The notes: generated from the sequence alone by a model not told the origin. 62,297 nt of DNA, filler included, from Rhabdomonas costata (GCA_019059605.1; 36 parts of 36 records of this genome joined end to end with filler, not necessarily neighbours in it), one strand, 5' to 3'. Counted from the whole stretch's first letter, positions 39,391 to 52,700 are shown. Numbers and translations: made by a program.

Positions 39391-40144
39391 TTCCTGTCAC
39401 GGTACCTCGTACACACCCACCGAAAGTGCACCCCCTGCCCCCCGCGCACCTACACTTCACAAAAAAAGGAAGAAAAGGAAGGAGGCTGCAGAAGCACAAC
39501 CGCAACACAAACTGTCAATAAACAAGTGGCAGAACATGTTCCTGATGAGCGTTTGCCGTCGGTGTGAAGTTTAGGCTAGCGGTGGCGACGAAGCGTTATG
39601 CGGGATTCTTCACATGCAGATATTTTGGGGCATTGCACTCGGCATCAAATTAAACCACACTAATACCAATGATATGATATCGTGCCCAGCTCTCCTAAAA
39701 GCTCTCCATGGACCTTCAAGTCTCTCTTGCAAAGAGATAACGTCATGCATTAAGACAGCGAAGTCGAGGCTNNNNNNNNNNNNNNNNNNNNNNNNNNNNN
39801 NNNNNNNNNNNNNNNTTAATTAATTAANNNNNNNNNNNNNNNNNNNNNNNNNNNNNNNNNNNNNNNNNNNNGGGTGATTCACTAATAATTTGACTGTCAT
39901 GATCACTGTTGCCAGGGCGCCGTTTTACCAGCCAGCAGCAAGCCGAGCGTGGCAGATTCACCCTGAAACGGCGCCCTGGCAACAGTGATCATGACAGTCA
40001 AATTATTAGTGAATCACCTTCATACCAACTTCCAACGCAGAAGGTCTGCTTATAGGTGCCATGCTATCAGCCAGGCTTCTCTAAAACTCTTGGTTTTTGT
40101 CTCACGACAGGAAATGCCCAGGCTGCACGCGCGAGGGTGACGAC

Positions 40145-41333
40145 CTGCATGAGCTGCAGGACTTGGGCAACCTCCTCGGCAACGGAGGATGTGTTTGAAG
40201 AGGCCGTGGTGGACTGGTTGAGGATCAGAGCCAGCTGAGTCAGCGCAGAGCCCGCGGCCAAGGGGTCGGTGGCGGTGTTGTTCAGGGCGTCCTTCATGAG
40301 GGAGTCCTTGGCCTGCTGCACCTCCTGAAGGCGGGTTGGGCAAAGAAGAGTGCCGAGAATGCAGGTGAGCTAGTGTGGGTGTGTTTGCGATGCGGGGTGT
40401 GTTGAGCGGTGAGTGCACTGACACAGGTAGGAGCTGATGTGAGTGAGTGGAACGAGATGCCTGGGTGTGGGCCCACGTCTTGAGATCATACTCCATGCTA
40501 ACCCTACATCTTCTATGCGTAATTCTACCGCTATAGATGATGGAGGGAGTGAGAGGGGATGTTGAGGGAGTATCAGCATGCATTCCTACCTGCGGTGCCT
40601 TTCACTACTCGGTCATGCCTTCGCTGCGCTCAGACATGCCCACCCTCGATGGTAAAGTGATGACCGACAAGCATACCGAGGGAGGAATGGTAACCCTACA
40701 TTCCTACTCCGGCATGCCTCGATGCGCTCGACATGCCTCCGTACCCTTCAATGCGTAAGTTGAGTACGCATTGAAGGGTAAATGTGAGTATGAACTCATT
40801 TTTTGACGTCGGTACGTTCAATGCAGCAGAGGTCTCCAAAAGCAGCGGCAGCAGGGCAGGCAATCGAACGGATGGAGCTGAGTGGCAGGCAGGCAGGCAA
40901 ACGGACGGATGGAGGGAGGGAGGGACGCGCGCGCATCACACACACACACACACAGACCTCAGGGGTGAAGGTGAGGCTGGGCAGGGCGACCACGGTTGAG
41001 AGGGTGACCTGTCCCCCGCAGAGATCTGCCACGGTAACCTCCACCCCAAGCGAGGGTAGCACTAGCCCGCGCACCGGAAACGCAACCACGGCGTTGCCCC
41101 AAAGCCCTGCGAGAAAACGGCGAGCGGGGGGCAGAAAGCGAACAAGCAGAAAGAGGAAGACAGTTCAGGCAAGCGCCGCCGATGGGAGAAGCACCAAAAA
41201 GCTGGGCTGCGCGGAGGAGGGTATGCTGGGCAATGGGGGCAGCGACAGCGGTCTGGCAACAGTGCGAGATGATGCACTGGTCCTTTACTGCTCCCCCCCT
41301 CCTCCCCAGTACGATGGGTGCACCCTGTTTGAG
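40145..41333 (-). CDS. Probable large surface protein (REJ-like region); exons 41333-41195, 41106-40958, 40324-40145
   Basis: Phases join (1, 0); VEVTVADLCGG followed by an S/T/N/A-rich helical segment; the family call is tentative. Confidence 0.55.
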
Positions 41334-43543
41334 CTGTAAAATAGTGGTTTTCTGGACCCCCTTCTGCAAGTGTAGTGGGTTAGGAGGCGATGCACGGGTC
41401 CCCTGAGATTGAAATCAAAGTTTTTGCAGGAGGTTGGGAGGCGATCACTTCGTGGGACTCTTTCCAGGATGTCTGTGCGAAGGAGTCCCACGCAGTGATC
41501 GCCTNNNNNNNNNNNNNNNNNNNNNNNNNNNNNNNNNNNNNNNNNNNNTTAATTAATTAANNNNNNNNNNNNNNNNNNNNNNNNNNNNNNNNNNNNNNNN
41601 NNNNTTTGTTGTTTTCCTGTAAATATGTAGTTGCAAAAGAGCCAGGAATTAAATTTTTCAATGGGCGGTTTTTTACCTAACGGTTGGTTTCTAGGGAGTG
41701 GCCCAATTCTTAAACATCGTGCAAATTTGAATTCGTAGAGCAGTGGCAGGAACAAACAGCTTTCTTTGGAGCAAATAAATTTTTCGTTGGAGTAGGAAAA
41801 ATCAAAAAATTAAAAGATCAACGCCAAGAAACTTTGGGCCAATAATCCGGAAAGACCGGTGAGTGGCGCATTGGTTGTTCAGGAAAACTGGAAGTGCTTT
41901 TTGGTTAAGGTTCCGGAAATGTAATACTCAAAATGACAATTCGCACGTGGAAATCCGGTCCTTTTCCAAACCCGGATGTTTTCCGAAGTCATCCGGTCCA
42001 AAGAGTTAATTTTCAAAGTTGGCAAGTTCGACCGACCGGCGCTATAAATCGATGATCATACATCTAAGATTATGCTGGGAACTTCTTGAGTGGGTGCGAA
42101 ACCATAACTTGCTTGTGGCAGGTTGGGGCTCCTACGCCTGACTAAAGTGAACCCTACGGGGATCGAGGAAGCGGCTTTCATCGAGCAGCGCCCTTCTAAA
42201 ATAGGGTGTGCGGCCGCTTGCCTCTGCCGAGTCTGGAATCTGAAAGCCATCGCTGCGACCTCATTGCGTCGAGCGGCGTGGCCGTTTCCAACCTCAAACA
42301 ATCCTGCGCACCGAAAGGCCACGGACCAACGTGCGGAGCCCACCAAGGTTCGGCCGGGATGACCCCCAGGTCGGCCCATGGTAACACGAATGAGTAAGAA
42401 GTTGCATTTCTAGACACCAGCGGGAAGAATCTCTTGTCATGTAAATTGCAGCGCAGTCGCGGTGCACAAAATGATGGGTTTGAAAAGTCGTATGTTTCAC
42501 ACTAGCTTGTGCTGCATCCTGGGTTTGCAAAATCAGAAATGGGGGCATAATCGATTGGGTTGCTGAAAGCCCTGGGGGCTTTTCTCCTCCAGGATATTGT
42601 CCCCGCAATGGCGGCCAGTCGCTGGTGGAGCCCAGATCGCCAAGTCTGTGCAGCCAAAAAGTCGTGACCCGTACGTACGGTGGTCAGGGTGTCTCGACTG
42701 TATGAATGCACAGTTTCCAGGTCCCATTCAGTTGGGGGCACGGGCAAGGTGAAACACCCTCGTCTAATCAGAAGTGAGCGCTGCAGCGCGAGGCAAGCGA
42801 TCTTGGTTCCCATGTGAAAGGCAAAGGTGGAAATCCAAACCCTGAGAAAACGAATGCATACGGGCGCATCCACCCTCGAAAGTGTCAATCAAATCCAAGG
42901 CGTACGCGAGCCTTCAAATGCCACATAAAACCAATCTGCGCAATCCACGGCACCACGTGGGGGGGAATGAGTTACACACATTGCACAAAAGAGAAAGGCA
43001 ATTACAACAATAATACCACCTGAGGGAGGCTTTACAGCAACGGATTGGCTGAGAAATGTGGAAGCCAAAAAAGCCTTCTCAGGGAGGCACTGTGCTGGGC
43101 GCTTCGCACCACCAAATGACACACAGCAGATTCAAAGCACATGAAAAAGTCATCCAGCGTCGTGACCAAAAACAGAAATACTGCAGTGGTGACACAGCCC
43201 ACAAAGAGACGCCCTTGCCTATTCACTTTCATTTCATNNNNNNNNNNNNNNNNNNNNNNNNNNNNNNNNNNNNNNNNNNNNTTAATTAATTAANNNNNNN
43301 NNNNNNNNNNNNNNNNNNNNNNNNNNNNNNNNNNNNNTGTGGGTGTGTTTGGTGTTGGTGTGTTCCGTCATCAGCAGAATTATGGGATGAAATGTGAATG
43401 AGGTATTAGCGTCGGGTTCCGGATAAATGTGGGTTGGTTGGGATTAAGGTTTGGGGTAGCGTCAGTTGTGTTGTTCAGTGTGTCATGGGTCTGGATTGGG
43501 ACGGGACGATTCTATTCCCACCATCCCGCTCCACCGCAAACAG

Positions 43544-44326
43544 AGCTCGCTGATGCAGGTCCTCTCTGGGCGGGTGTCCCCGAGCTTCCGCTCCCTTCTC
43601 ACGGGCACGGTGACCTACAACGGGGTGCCCCGGGCCCAGGTCCTGCTCCCCAAGGTCGCGGCCTACCTCCCCCCGCAGGACTTGCACATCCCGCAGCTCA
43701 CCGTGCGGGAGACCGTAGAGTTCGCGTTTGCCGCGGTGTTTGGTGTGGACCAGCTGAAGGCCCCCCCGGACACCACAGAGGCCCTTGAGGCCCTTCTCAG
43801 AGTTTGGCGGCTGGCCGTGGAGATCCAGCTCACTCTGATGGGTGCGATCCCTTGGCGTTCCCACCTCTTTGCTGTGCACTCTTTTTTCAGCACATCCTCT
43901 GGTTCAACTTTGCAAGCATCTATCTATGGCTATGGTGCATACCCCGCAGCAGAAAATGGTAAACGGTTGTCTGTGAATCACCCCCCCCCCGGTTGTCCCT
44001 TTTACGTGAAATGCCTGAAAACGCAGAAGAGCTTTTCCATCGAAATACGCACTGACTGTCTGTTTATCATCTGAAGGCGGTGAATGTCAATACCCACAGC
44101 ACGGTATCCCGCATGTTGATTTTTACAAAATGGCATCTGTATTGTTCCTTTCTTCGGGCATTCTTCTTTGTGCCGAAGGAATCGATCACGTCGGGGATGT
44201 GATTGTGGGCAACGACTCCGTGAGGGGCATTAGCTGGGGCCAAAGGAGGGCCGTAACCTCTGCGGAGCTCCTGGTCAACCGCTACCCATTGGTCTTTGCC
44301 GACGAGATCTCCACGGGGCAGGACAC
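43544..44326 (+). CDS. ABCG/PDR-type ABC transporter NBD; exons 43544-43841 and 44179 to ~44326
   Basis: SSLMQVLSG..GTVTYNG..QDLHIPQLTVRETVEFA..IVGNDSVRGISWGQRRAVT..DEISTG. Confidence 0.92.
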
Positions 44327-46038
44327 GTGCGTTTTTTCACCTCACCCTTGACCAACCCGCAATTTCTGAAGCTTCTGTTTAGAAAGCCAAACAGAGTGAG
44401 CAACAGGTTTGTTTTCTCTCAGACGTTTTTCACGCTACCTAAGAAAATGCAACAGCAGAACTCCTCGTCGTCGTTAGGGTACCTGATCTGCACGGAATGG
44501 CACACTGACAGATGTTACGGTTAGGTTCGCTCAGTGTCCTCGAAAGTTCTAACGCGGGCATCGCAGCAACGACAGAGAGAAAACCCCCGAGCGGGAGCCC
44601 GCTGCCCCCGGCCACAGCACGCTGCAGCGGCCTTGGAAAAATGCCTAATTGTTGGGGATGATTGCTGTCTGTAATCGCCAAAGGCACCATTTTCACGACC
44701 TATAGGGATTATCGTTTGCGCGTTCCTACAGATGTGCCAAGGCGATGCTCATGCGGGCGAGTTGCCTCCCTGAGTTACCCAGATAGTGATTACCACAACT
44801 CCCGACTACTTTCCGAATGCAACAAAGCCAAAACTGAATGCTTTTTCTCACCTACTTGTCCACTCGACAATTGTGTTTTTTTGACACGCGTTACCGCCCA
44901 CCCGCCCGCCCCGCGCTGTGATGCTGAACCTTGGGGTTGCAGCAAAACCCCCAACCAAACACACCCACANNNNNNNNNNNNNNNNNNNNNNNNNNNNNNN
45001 NNNNNNNNNNNNNTTAATTAATTAANNNNNNNNNNNNNNNNNNNNNNNNNNNNNNNNNNNNNNNNNNNNCGTCAGCCCTCGGAGCAAGGGCATACAGCGC
45101 GCCGTCCTAATTTCTGGTGCACAGCAAACAAGTGTTGCACAGCCGTAAGGGCAGCGACAGTCGCAGAGTAAAAAGTGACTTCAGATGCAAGCACATTCAA
45201 CAAGGTCAGCATCCTCTCCACCTCTGCACCCAACCGATACTCACTGAACGACCAGCCGAAGTATCTCTCGACTCTGAGTGCAAACGCACAGAACGAGCTT
45301 GGCAGTATCGTCTTGGAGGAGGTCCAAGAAATCCCTGTGCCCTTAGCAAAATTGGACATTGCCCATTGCCCATTGCTGGGTGAGTAGGTTATCGGCCGGG
45401 GTCTTAACTCAGTCGACGCATCTTCAAATCCCCGGATATTTCACTTTGGGCAAAGACCTGTGATTGTCTGGCCAGACAGGTCTTATCGTGGACAATGCTC
45501 CCTGGAGATGCAAACGAAAGCGAAAGGGCCACTGGTTGTTGTTGTTGTTATTGTTGTTGCGCGCTGGAGGCAAAAGTAGCCTGGAGGGCGGGATGACCCT
45601 GCTGCCAGTTACCTCCTTCCCGATTGGTCTTCCTTTGTAACTTGACCCAGGGGTACCGGCTGCCCTCTCTGCTTTCCATGGGTCCATCGGTTCCACCAGT
45701 CACTTAAGGCAGTGCTGGAGATGTTGATACACGGTTGTAAAGAAATGACAGCAAATCAAGGTTTGCTGGGAGGCAGGTGGCAGGTTGCCGCAGAGTCGAC
45801 CCGCGCCCTTTGACTGAAGAGCTTGGTGAAATCATTGAGGAACACCCAGGGACAATAGCATTTAGTTGTCACCTGTCAGTGGTGTCTGTGGCGCTGTCAT
45901 CTTGCAACACATCTTGCGTCAGACGTCTCTCCCATGGAACCCGAAGTCTTTTCTGCAGTTGCACATGGGAGTCTCAACCAACCGGCAGGACTGGTCATGT
46001 TGCCCTGTTCTTCTCTCCTTTTTCTATGCTTTCCTCAG

Positions 46039-46317
46039 GTGGACACCTACGGGACGCAGCAGCCGATTGCCTTCTTGAAGCTGCTGGTGCAGAACGCAGG
46101 GTGGTATGACCGCAAGGACCTGCAGTGGAAGCAGCTGAAGGACATCCAGTACATCGCCGCGATGGCCCCGCCAGGGGGCGGCCGCAACTCCCTGGACCCG
46201 CGGTTCGTGTCGCTGTTCTCGGTGTTCAACATCACCTTCCCCTCGGTGGACTCCCTGGAGACGATCTACACCCAGATCCTTACCCACCACCTCTCCCCCT
46301 TCCCAGAGGCCGTTCAG
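46039..46317 (+). CDS. Axonemal dynein heavy chain AAA3-region exon (DNAH10/I1-alpha-like)
   Basis: VDTYGTQQPIAFLKLL..GWYDR..AAMAPPGGGRNSLDPRFVSLFSVFN; phase-0 AG/GT. Confidence 0.93.
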
Positions 46318-46582
46318 GTTTGCACGTGTGTACCTTCCAGCCCGCACCCAGAGCTTTAGGTTTCAGACCGCAGGGCAGGGCAGGGCAGGGCAGCACTGGG
46401 CAGAGAGAAGGGCAGGGGCCCCCTGTGCACGATTTATGAGCCTTGTCGTTTGTGTGGGTTCATCTCGTGACTAGTGGACACCCTTCGATGCCATGATGAA
46501 GAGCAGGGAAACAGGGTATAAAAAAAAAGAGCTCAAAACAAAGTTTACGGAAACAATGGTTGCTTCAGGTAGCGTTCTAATC

Positions 46583-46670
46583 TGAGATGAGATGAGATGA
46601 GATGAGATGAGATGAGATGAGATGAGATGAGATGAGATGAGATGAGATGAGATGAGATGAGATGAGATGA
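46583..46670 (+). repeat. (TGAGA)n pentanucleotide microsatellite, ~17 units
   Basis: Direct observation. Confidence 0.97.
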
Positions 46671-47400
46671 AGGGATGGGATAGGTTTAATGGCTCGGTAC
46701 AANNNNNNNNNNNNNNNNNNNNNNNNNNNNNNNNNNNNNNNNNNNNTTAATTAATTAANNNNNNNNNNNNNNNNNNNNNNNNNNNNNNNNNNNNNNNNNN
46801 NNTGCGTGCCGTTCGTTCCCTTGCTTCTGCTGCTGAGGCACGCACGGAAATGAATTGCGAATGGGTTCTGATGTGGTGAAACCTTTTCCTTTTGTTTCGT
46901 CTCTGGCATTGCTTAACGGCCTTCCTTTTGAAGTTTTTTGGGCACGCTGCTCGTTTCTTCCTGTTGATGTCTCTCGCTTATCTTATGATAGAGAGCTCGC
47001 GTGGGAAGTCTTTTTTTGGGGTAGGAGGGAGGGGAGGGTTCTGCCCGCAACGCTTACGTTTCGCCCAGGTAGGTTTGGTGGTGAATACGCGTAAACTAGA
47101 AGGCCGGGAAGCGGGGAAGGGAGGCACATGAATTCAACACAACCGCCTGCTGTGTTAAATTGGCCATAGGGAGGACTGGGGACCCACCCCCAGGATTGGA
47201 GCGCAGACATTGCCACGCCACCACAACAAAAAGCCTATGCCGGTACATCGCCTCGGATGCAACTCGAACTTGCATCCGAGTTCTACAGTGCACGTCCATC
47301 GCCCTCTCAATCCCACAATCAATTAATTACAATAAATTATGAATGATGCCCTGCTAAGCATGATTACCCGCACCCCAACGACCATTGGGCCAAAATGTAA

Positions 47401-48381
47401 TCAAGAGTGGGACGGTGGAAGGCACCTTTCATTCATGTCCTCCCCCACCCAGCGGGGCTCTGAGAATGGGTTTGCCGCGATCGCCAAGGCCAGGGTTCGG
47501 CTTGCCGTGCGGAAGTCGTACGCTGTCATCACCGTACCCACGCGAAAGTGGTCCTGCGGGCCGTACCGCTGGGGGCTTGGAAACAGCCAAGGCACCACAC
47601 GGTGGACGGGGTCGGGCTTCCGTGCAAACTCAGGTGTCCTGGGCAGGCTCTGCAGGGCCCACATCAGCAAGCACACCGCAGGCATCACTCGCTCCACGGA
47701 AGGGTCCGTTTTCTTCCGTGTCTGCAGCGCGGTATTGATTACGATGGAGGGCGTCATCCGAGGTAGGGAAACGTCTCTGGTGGTCCAGAAGCGGCAAGTG
47801 GCCACAGCCAGGGCATCGTCTGGGTACTGCTCTCGAGCCCACGCAAGGCACTCGTCGGCGAGGGACACAGCTCTGGCACTGCCTGCACTGGCTAAGCTGG
47901 TCGCGGCCACGAGGAGCGGCTCAGGCTCGAGAAGAATGCCACGGTGCTGTTCGCAGAGGGACTGGAAGGCCGTCTCCCAGGTTTCGTCATGGTCAACAGT
48001 TATCTCCGCATTCTCAGCAGGCCCTGCAGAGGCTGAGGGGCACACACAAGAGGCACTAACATTCACGTAAAAACGGCTCACGATGAGTACAGCAACAAAC
48101 GACGGTGCCCAGTCTCACAGCTCCGTCGCTCTAACAGGGATGCGAACGGTTAATACCAGCAAAAAATTGCTGAAGTACACGGGTGTAAACAACAAGGGTA
48201 CAACCTGGATGCCGATCACCTTGCGAGGAGATTGCGTACAGCCGGATCTTGCTCCGCTTTCGCAGCTTCCATCGCAGGACCACCCCCAAAATCACAATGG
48301 CAACCACAGAGACCACCACCGAGACCACAATAGCAGCAACCACCGCACCACTCAACCCAGCGCGACGTGAAGGAGCCAACT
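47401..48381 (-). CDS. Single-pass membrane protein with a cytoplasmic ART-like domain; exons 48381-48220 and 48023 to ~47401
   Basis: TM GAVVAAIVVSVVVSVVAIVILGVVL + RWKLRKRSK; phase-1 splice to FWTT..INTALQ..LLMWALQSLP..VHRVV..YDFRTAS. Confidence 0.65.
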
Positions 48382-48759
48382 CTGCAAAGGAGGAAGTGAA
48401 GGGGGAGGGGGCAGATTCTTTAAGCAAAAACAAANNNNNNNNNNNNNNNNNNNNNNNNNNNNNNNNNNNNNNNNNNNNTTAATTAATTAANNNNNNNNNN
48501 NNNNNNNNNNNNNNNNNNNNNNNNNNNNNNNNNNGGGTGTGGGGTAAGTCAGCCTCTTATGAAAAAGTAAGCGTTAGTGAAAGTGGGTGCCCCCGCAGTC
48601 TCGCAATCAGATGCACTTCTTTTTGGGGAGGGGGTGTCAAAGAATTTAATGGGCGGCTAAAGCGGGGACGTTGTGTGGGGACAGTTTCTGAGTGAACGTG
48701 GCCACTGACAGGAAAAGCGACTCAATAGTGGGGTTCGTGGGAAGAGGGAGAACGCATAC

Positions 48760-49733
48760 ACTCATGTACGCTGTTGTTCCTGTGATCGTCACCGCGCTAT
48801 TTTTGTTGATCACCTTGGAGATGCCGAAGTCGGACAGCTTCACCAGCCCCATCCTGGCAGAACAAGCACAGCGTCATCCTTTGTGCGCTGGATGTGTGCT
48901 AGTCGCGCCTGCGAGTTTCGAAGTTAGGTTTTGCGACATCAAACAAACCTAAAATCATTCCGGGGTTCCAGCACAATTAACTGACGGTCAATAATTAAAA
49001 AATCAACACATCCAATTATGCCCCGCGTCATCCGCTCCTCCCACCCCTCTGGCCTACTCCAGCCGCCACGTCGCTGGAATGCGTCCAAAATATCGCTGTG
49101 GACACCGGAATTTCATCCACTTTTGGGTTGCATGGGTTTTGTGGAAAAACGCGAACACCTTCTGACTTACTTGATAGTTTTTTTTGAAAGAAAACGGTAG
49201 TACTACCAGATGTAATCACCCATCTGTATAGTAACGTAACAAAGTAGGGTTCACAAGAAACTTTCGGAAATGCTCTGTTAACCCCATGGGTCACGTACAA
49301 ACAGTATAAACGCTCGAAAAAACCAAGGTTGAAGCGCGGCAAAAGGTAAAATGAGGCATTTTGAACTGGGTTTTGTGTCTGAGTTCCTTTCTTGTGAAGC
49401 CACGGCTGGAAACCTTAGCAAAGGACGATTTTTCCATTTCCTGGGTGGGCAAAATAAACGCGTCCATGGCGATATAGAATGTCCCGAAAAGCGTCCCGAA
49501 AGAGGGAGTTGAACGCTTTACGCAGTTAAACGTTTAACGCCCCCGCCCCCTCCCCCGCGATCGCAAAGCAATCGTCTCGGCAGTTGTCGCAACCCAACAA
49601 GACCATCGTGGTGCAGGAGTCCGATGTGTATATGATGCGACAGCACGCCATACGAATTGACGAGGATGTTGGAGGGCTTGATGTCACGATGCAGGATGTC
49701 CGCCTTGTGCAGGAAGACAAGCCCGTTTAGAAT
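48760..49733 (-). CDS. STE/MAP3K-like protein kinase; exons 49733-49654 and 48853-48760
   Basis: [44 protein letters not shown]; the phase-2 intron fits. Confidence 0.93.
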
Positions 49734-52700
49734 CTGCAAACAAAGGCGAGAAGAATGTCAACCACCCGCAGGTCCCCATCACTCCCATCCGCCGCGTGTC
49801 CATCGCTACCGCTGCAACGGGAAAAATACGAGATCCAATTCCCAATGCTCTCAGGGCTCTGTGGGATGACCTTATCTCAAGAAAGGCTGTCACATGTCTG
49901 GGGGTCGGAAGCTCCCACGCCACCTCGGAAAAGGAAAAAAGCAAACGGAGAAATTGGGGAAGGCGCAAAGGCCCGCTGCGAGTGCATTTCCGCGAATTGG
50001 CAGTCATGGGCAGCCAAACCAGCATACAGAAAACTTGAGCGTAACAGTCTTACCCTAGCGTCTTCATTCTTTTTAGGGAGACAAGAACCAGCTCAGAGAA
50101 TTAACCAAGCAAAACGAAAACAAGAGAAGTCACACCCACCCACCCACACCCCAAACACACCCACCACNNNNNNNNNNNNNNNNNNNNNNNNNNNNNNNNN
50201 NNNNNNNNNNNTTAATTAATTAANNNNNNNNNNNNNNNNNNNNNNNNNNNNNNNNNNNNNNNNNNNNGTGGGTTTGTGATTCTCATCAATCTTTGTGAGT
50301 CGTCCTATACACATTCCAATAAGACCCACAAAGATTGATGAGGATCACAAGGCCGGCCGAATATGTTAGAAGATGATAAGTTTCCGCCACTCCAGCGGCC
50401 GGAAACGAGCAAGAACCCAAGCAGCCGTTTAAACGATCGATTGCGGAACCTCCAGTGTTCTTTCTTACTTGCCTTTTTTCTTGCACCACTATTTCGCACC
50501 AGATACTCAATAAAATGCAAATTTTTCGCCAGGGACGATGGATGGCAGCCAAAGATGAGCCCTCTGGCGCGTGGGCCCGCGTGGCCACAAGGAATTCCCT
50601 GCCGCCTTGGCCTCTTCCGGCTGGTTTACCGTCGGCCACCGTTTCCGCCACTCTACTCTGCCATACTGTCCCTTTGTAACTGCTTTATGTGCTGTTTCAA
50701 CTTTCTTAATAGCAACGGGGCATAACAATAAAAACATGCGTAGCTTCCTTCTTGTTTTTTACTTCGTCTTAGGAGTGTTACGAATCACGCTCAGCACGGG
50801 AATCCGCGGGGACTGCTCCGCACGTCCCCTTGCCAACTCCGCATTGGATTCACACAGGCGGCCGACTGGAACCAGGAGCCAAGACGGGCTAATTGCCTTG
50901 GCGTGACCGCCACGGCTGTGCCTAGGAACATAACCCGCGACGTTGTGGCCACAACCCCTGCCCACATACCACTCAGGCACAACACCTGCCATATCTGATT
51001 CCTGAGATTGTATTTTCCAGGACTCATTTTCTAACAGTCTGCTTGCGTCACTACTCGCTTCTCTGACCCCCTTCAATTTCGTTGGCGTGGGTGGCTCACC
51101 TGCTTCTATTGATTACATGAAGTCCAGTCTCCCACAACACATCACCTCTGGTATATCTATGGACTGCACGGTGGCCCTGAACTGAGCTGTATACCAGTGG
51201 GCCCATTTTCTGGGGTGGATGAGTCCAGGCCTCCAAACCACCTCATTTTGTTTTCTCAACAAGAGATTTTAACAACGATGCACGCGGCGCAACTCGTAAG
51301 CTGCGTCTTTGCCAACTCACAGTCACTGTAGAAGTATGCTTGGATTACACAGCAGAAGCACACTCTCAAAGGTTGTTCCTGAGGTTTCGCCGCTTCCATG
51401 CCTGATTCCGCAAACAACGTGGAGCTTTCGTTCCGCTGCAGCACACTTGCCACGACCTAACGGAGGGCGATTCTTGGCCTTTCGCTTCTAGATTGCGAGC
51501 GGAAACGCATATATCTTCCTCCACTGCTCCATCTTTCACTGCCACCACAAAAGCTATTTACTGAGCAGCTACTAACGCCTCACTGTGGTGGTGTTCTCTA
51601 TGCATTTATTTCAGGCTGTTGGTAGTATCTAAACATTAAACTGCTTTCGTAGACCGTAGACTCCAAAACTTGTGCTAAATACAACACAAAGAATCCTGAA
51701 TTGTGGTTCCAAATTAAAGAGCTAGCTGAAGCTCGGAAATCAGTTCCACCCACATTCACTTCCGGCCCTTTGTCACTGGCTGTAAAGAATGCAGTGCACA
51801 ATAAATGGGTGTAGCCATAACGGATAGCGTTCAGATCCATTTTTGCCGCTGCTTAGATCAATCCTCTGGCCACAGATGAAGATGACACTGCAAAAACAAC
51901 NNNNNNNNNNNNNNNNNNNNNNNNNNNNNNNNNNNNNNNNNNNNTTAATTAATTAANNNNNNNNNNNNNNNNNNNNNNNNNNNNNNNNNNNNNNNNNNNN
52001 CTGCGGGGATATATAAAACCGGAGGAGCCCCTACCAGAGCCGTCGCCCCTTTCTCCACTGTCTGCTGACCTCCACCATGGCCCACAGCGGCCCACCGTGG
52101 AAGCGAAAGGAAGGCTCCAAGTGGGTGCGAGGGATTGCGAAGGCCAACCCCACACCCAGCAGCACACCCCTAATGACCGGCGTGCGGTGCGCGAGCCGCG
52201 GGATGCCACGGAAAGGATGTCTACGCTCCGGTGTGGCAGGGAAGAAAACCACACTAGCCGCAGGACATCACAGCACCAGCACACACAATGAAGCATAAAG
52301 ACACATAATAGCCATCTGAGAAAAGGAACGTCCACCAAAACCACAAGGAGAAACCTAGCATGATTCTCCTGCACACCTGCAACCTCCTCGGCAGTGCACC
52401 CCGGCATTCTCTTCGCACACAGTCTCAAGAACACGAGAATATTAATTGTCCATTTCCGCGACATCAGTGAAGATTTGCTAGAAAACCATCTAATCGCATG
52501 TCCCTGCCTTTCAAAGCCGCATGTCCCCACATTAGGTATTACTGCGGGTGCCTTTCCTTCCTTTTAAAAGCGCCAGTCAGGCCATTATTTGTAGCTCCAC
52601 TGCTGCAACTGCACAAAAGGAAACACATTGCGTTCGCTGCATATGCTCGTTTTGAAGCACAAGCCGGCCTCTGTATCTTTCCTACCAATCCTCGTCCGTA

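Noticed and set aside
45072-45359. Possible LINE RT thumb remnant (ERYFGWSF) upstream of the dynein exon
   Set aside because: Only one weak motif, which is insufficient
47339-48070. Long antisense ORFs (e.g. 243 aa on + here; also 22552-23229 and 30249-30854)
   Set aside because: They are shadows of GC-rich exons on the opposite strand
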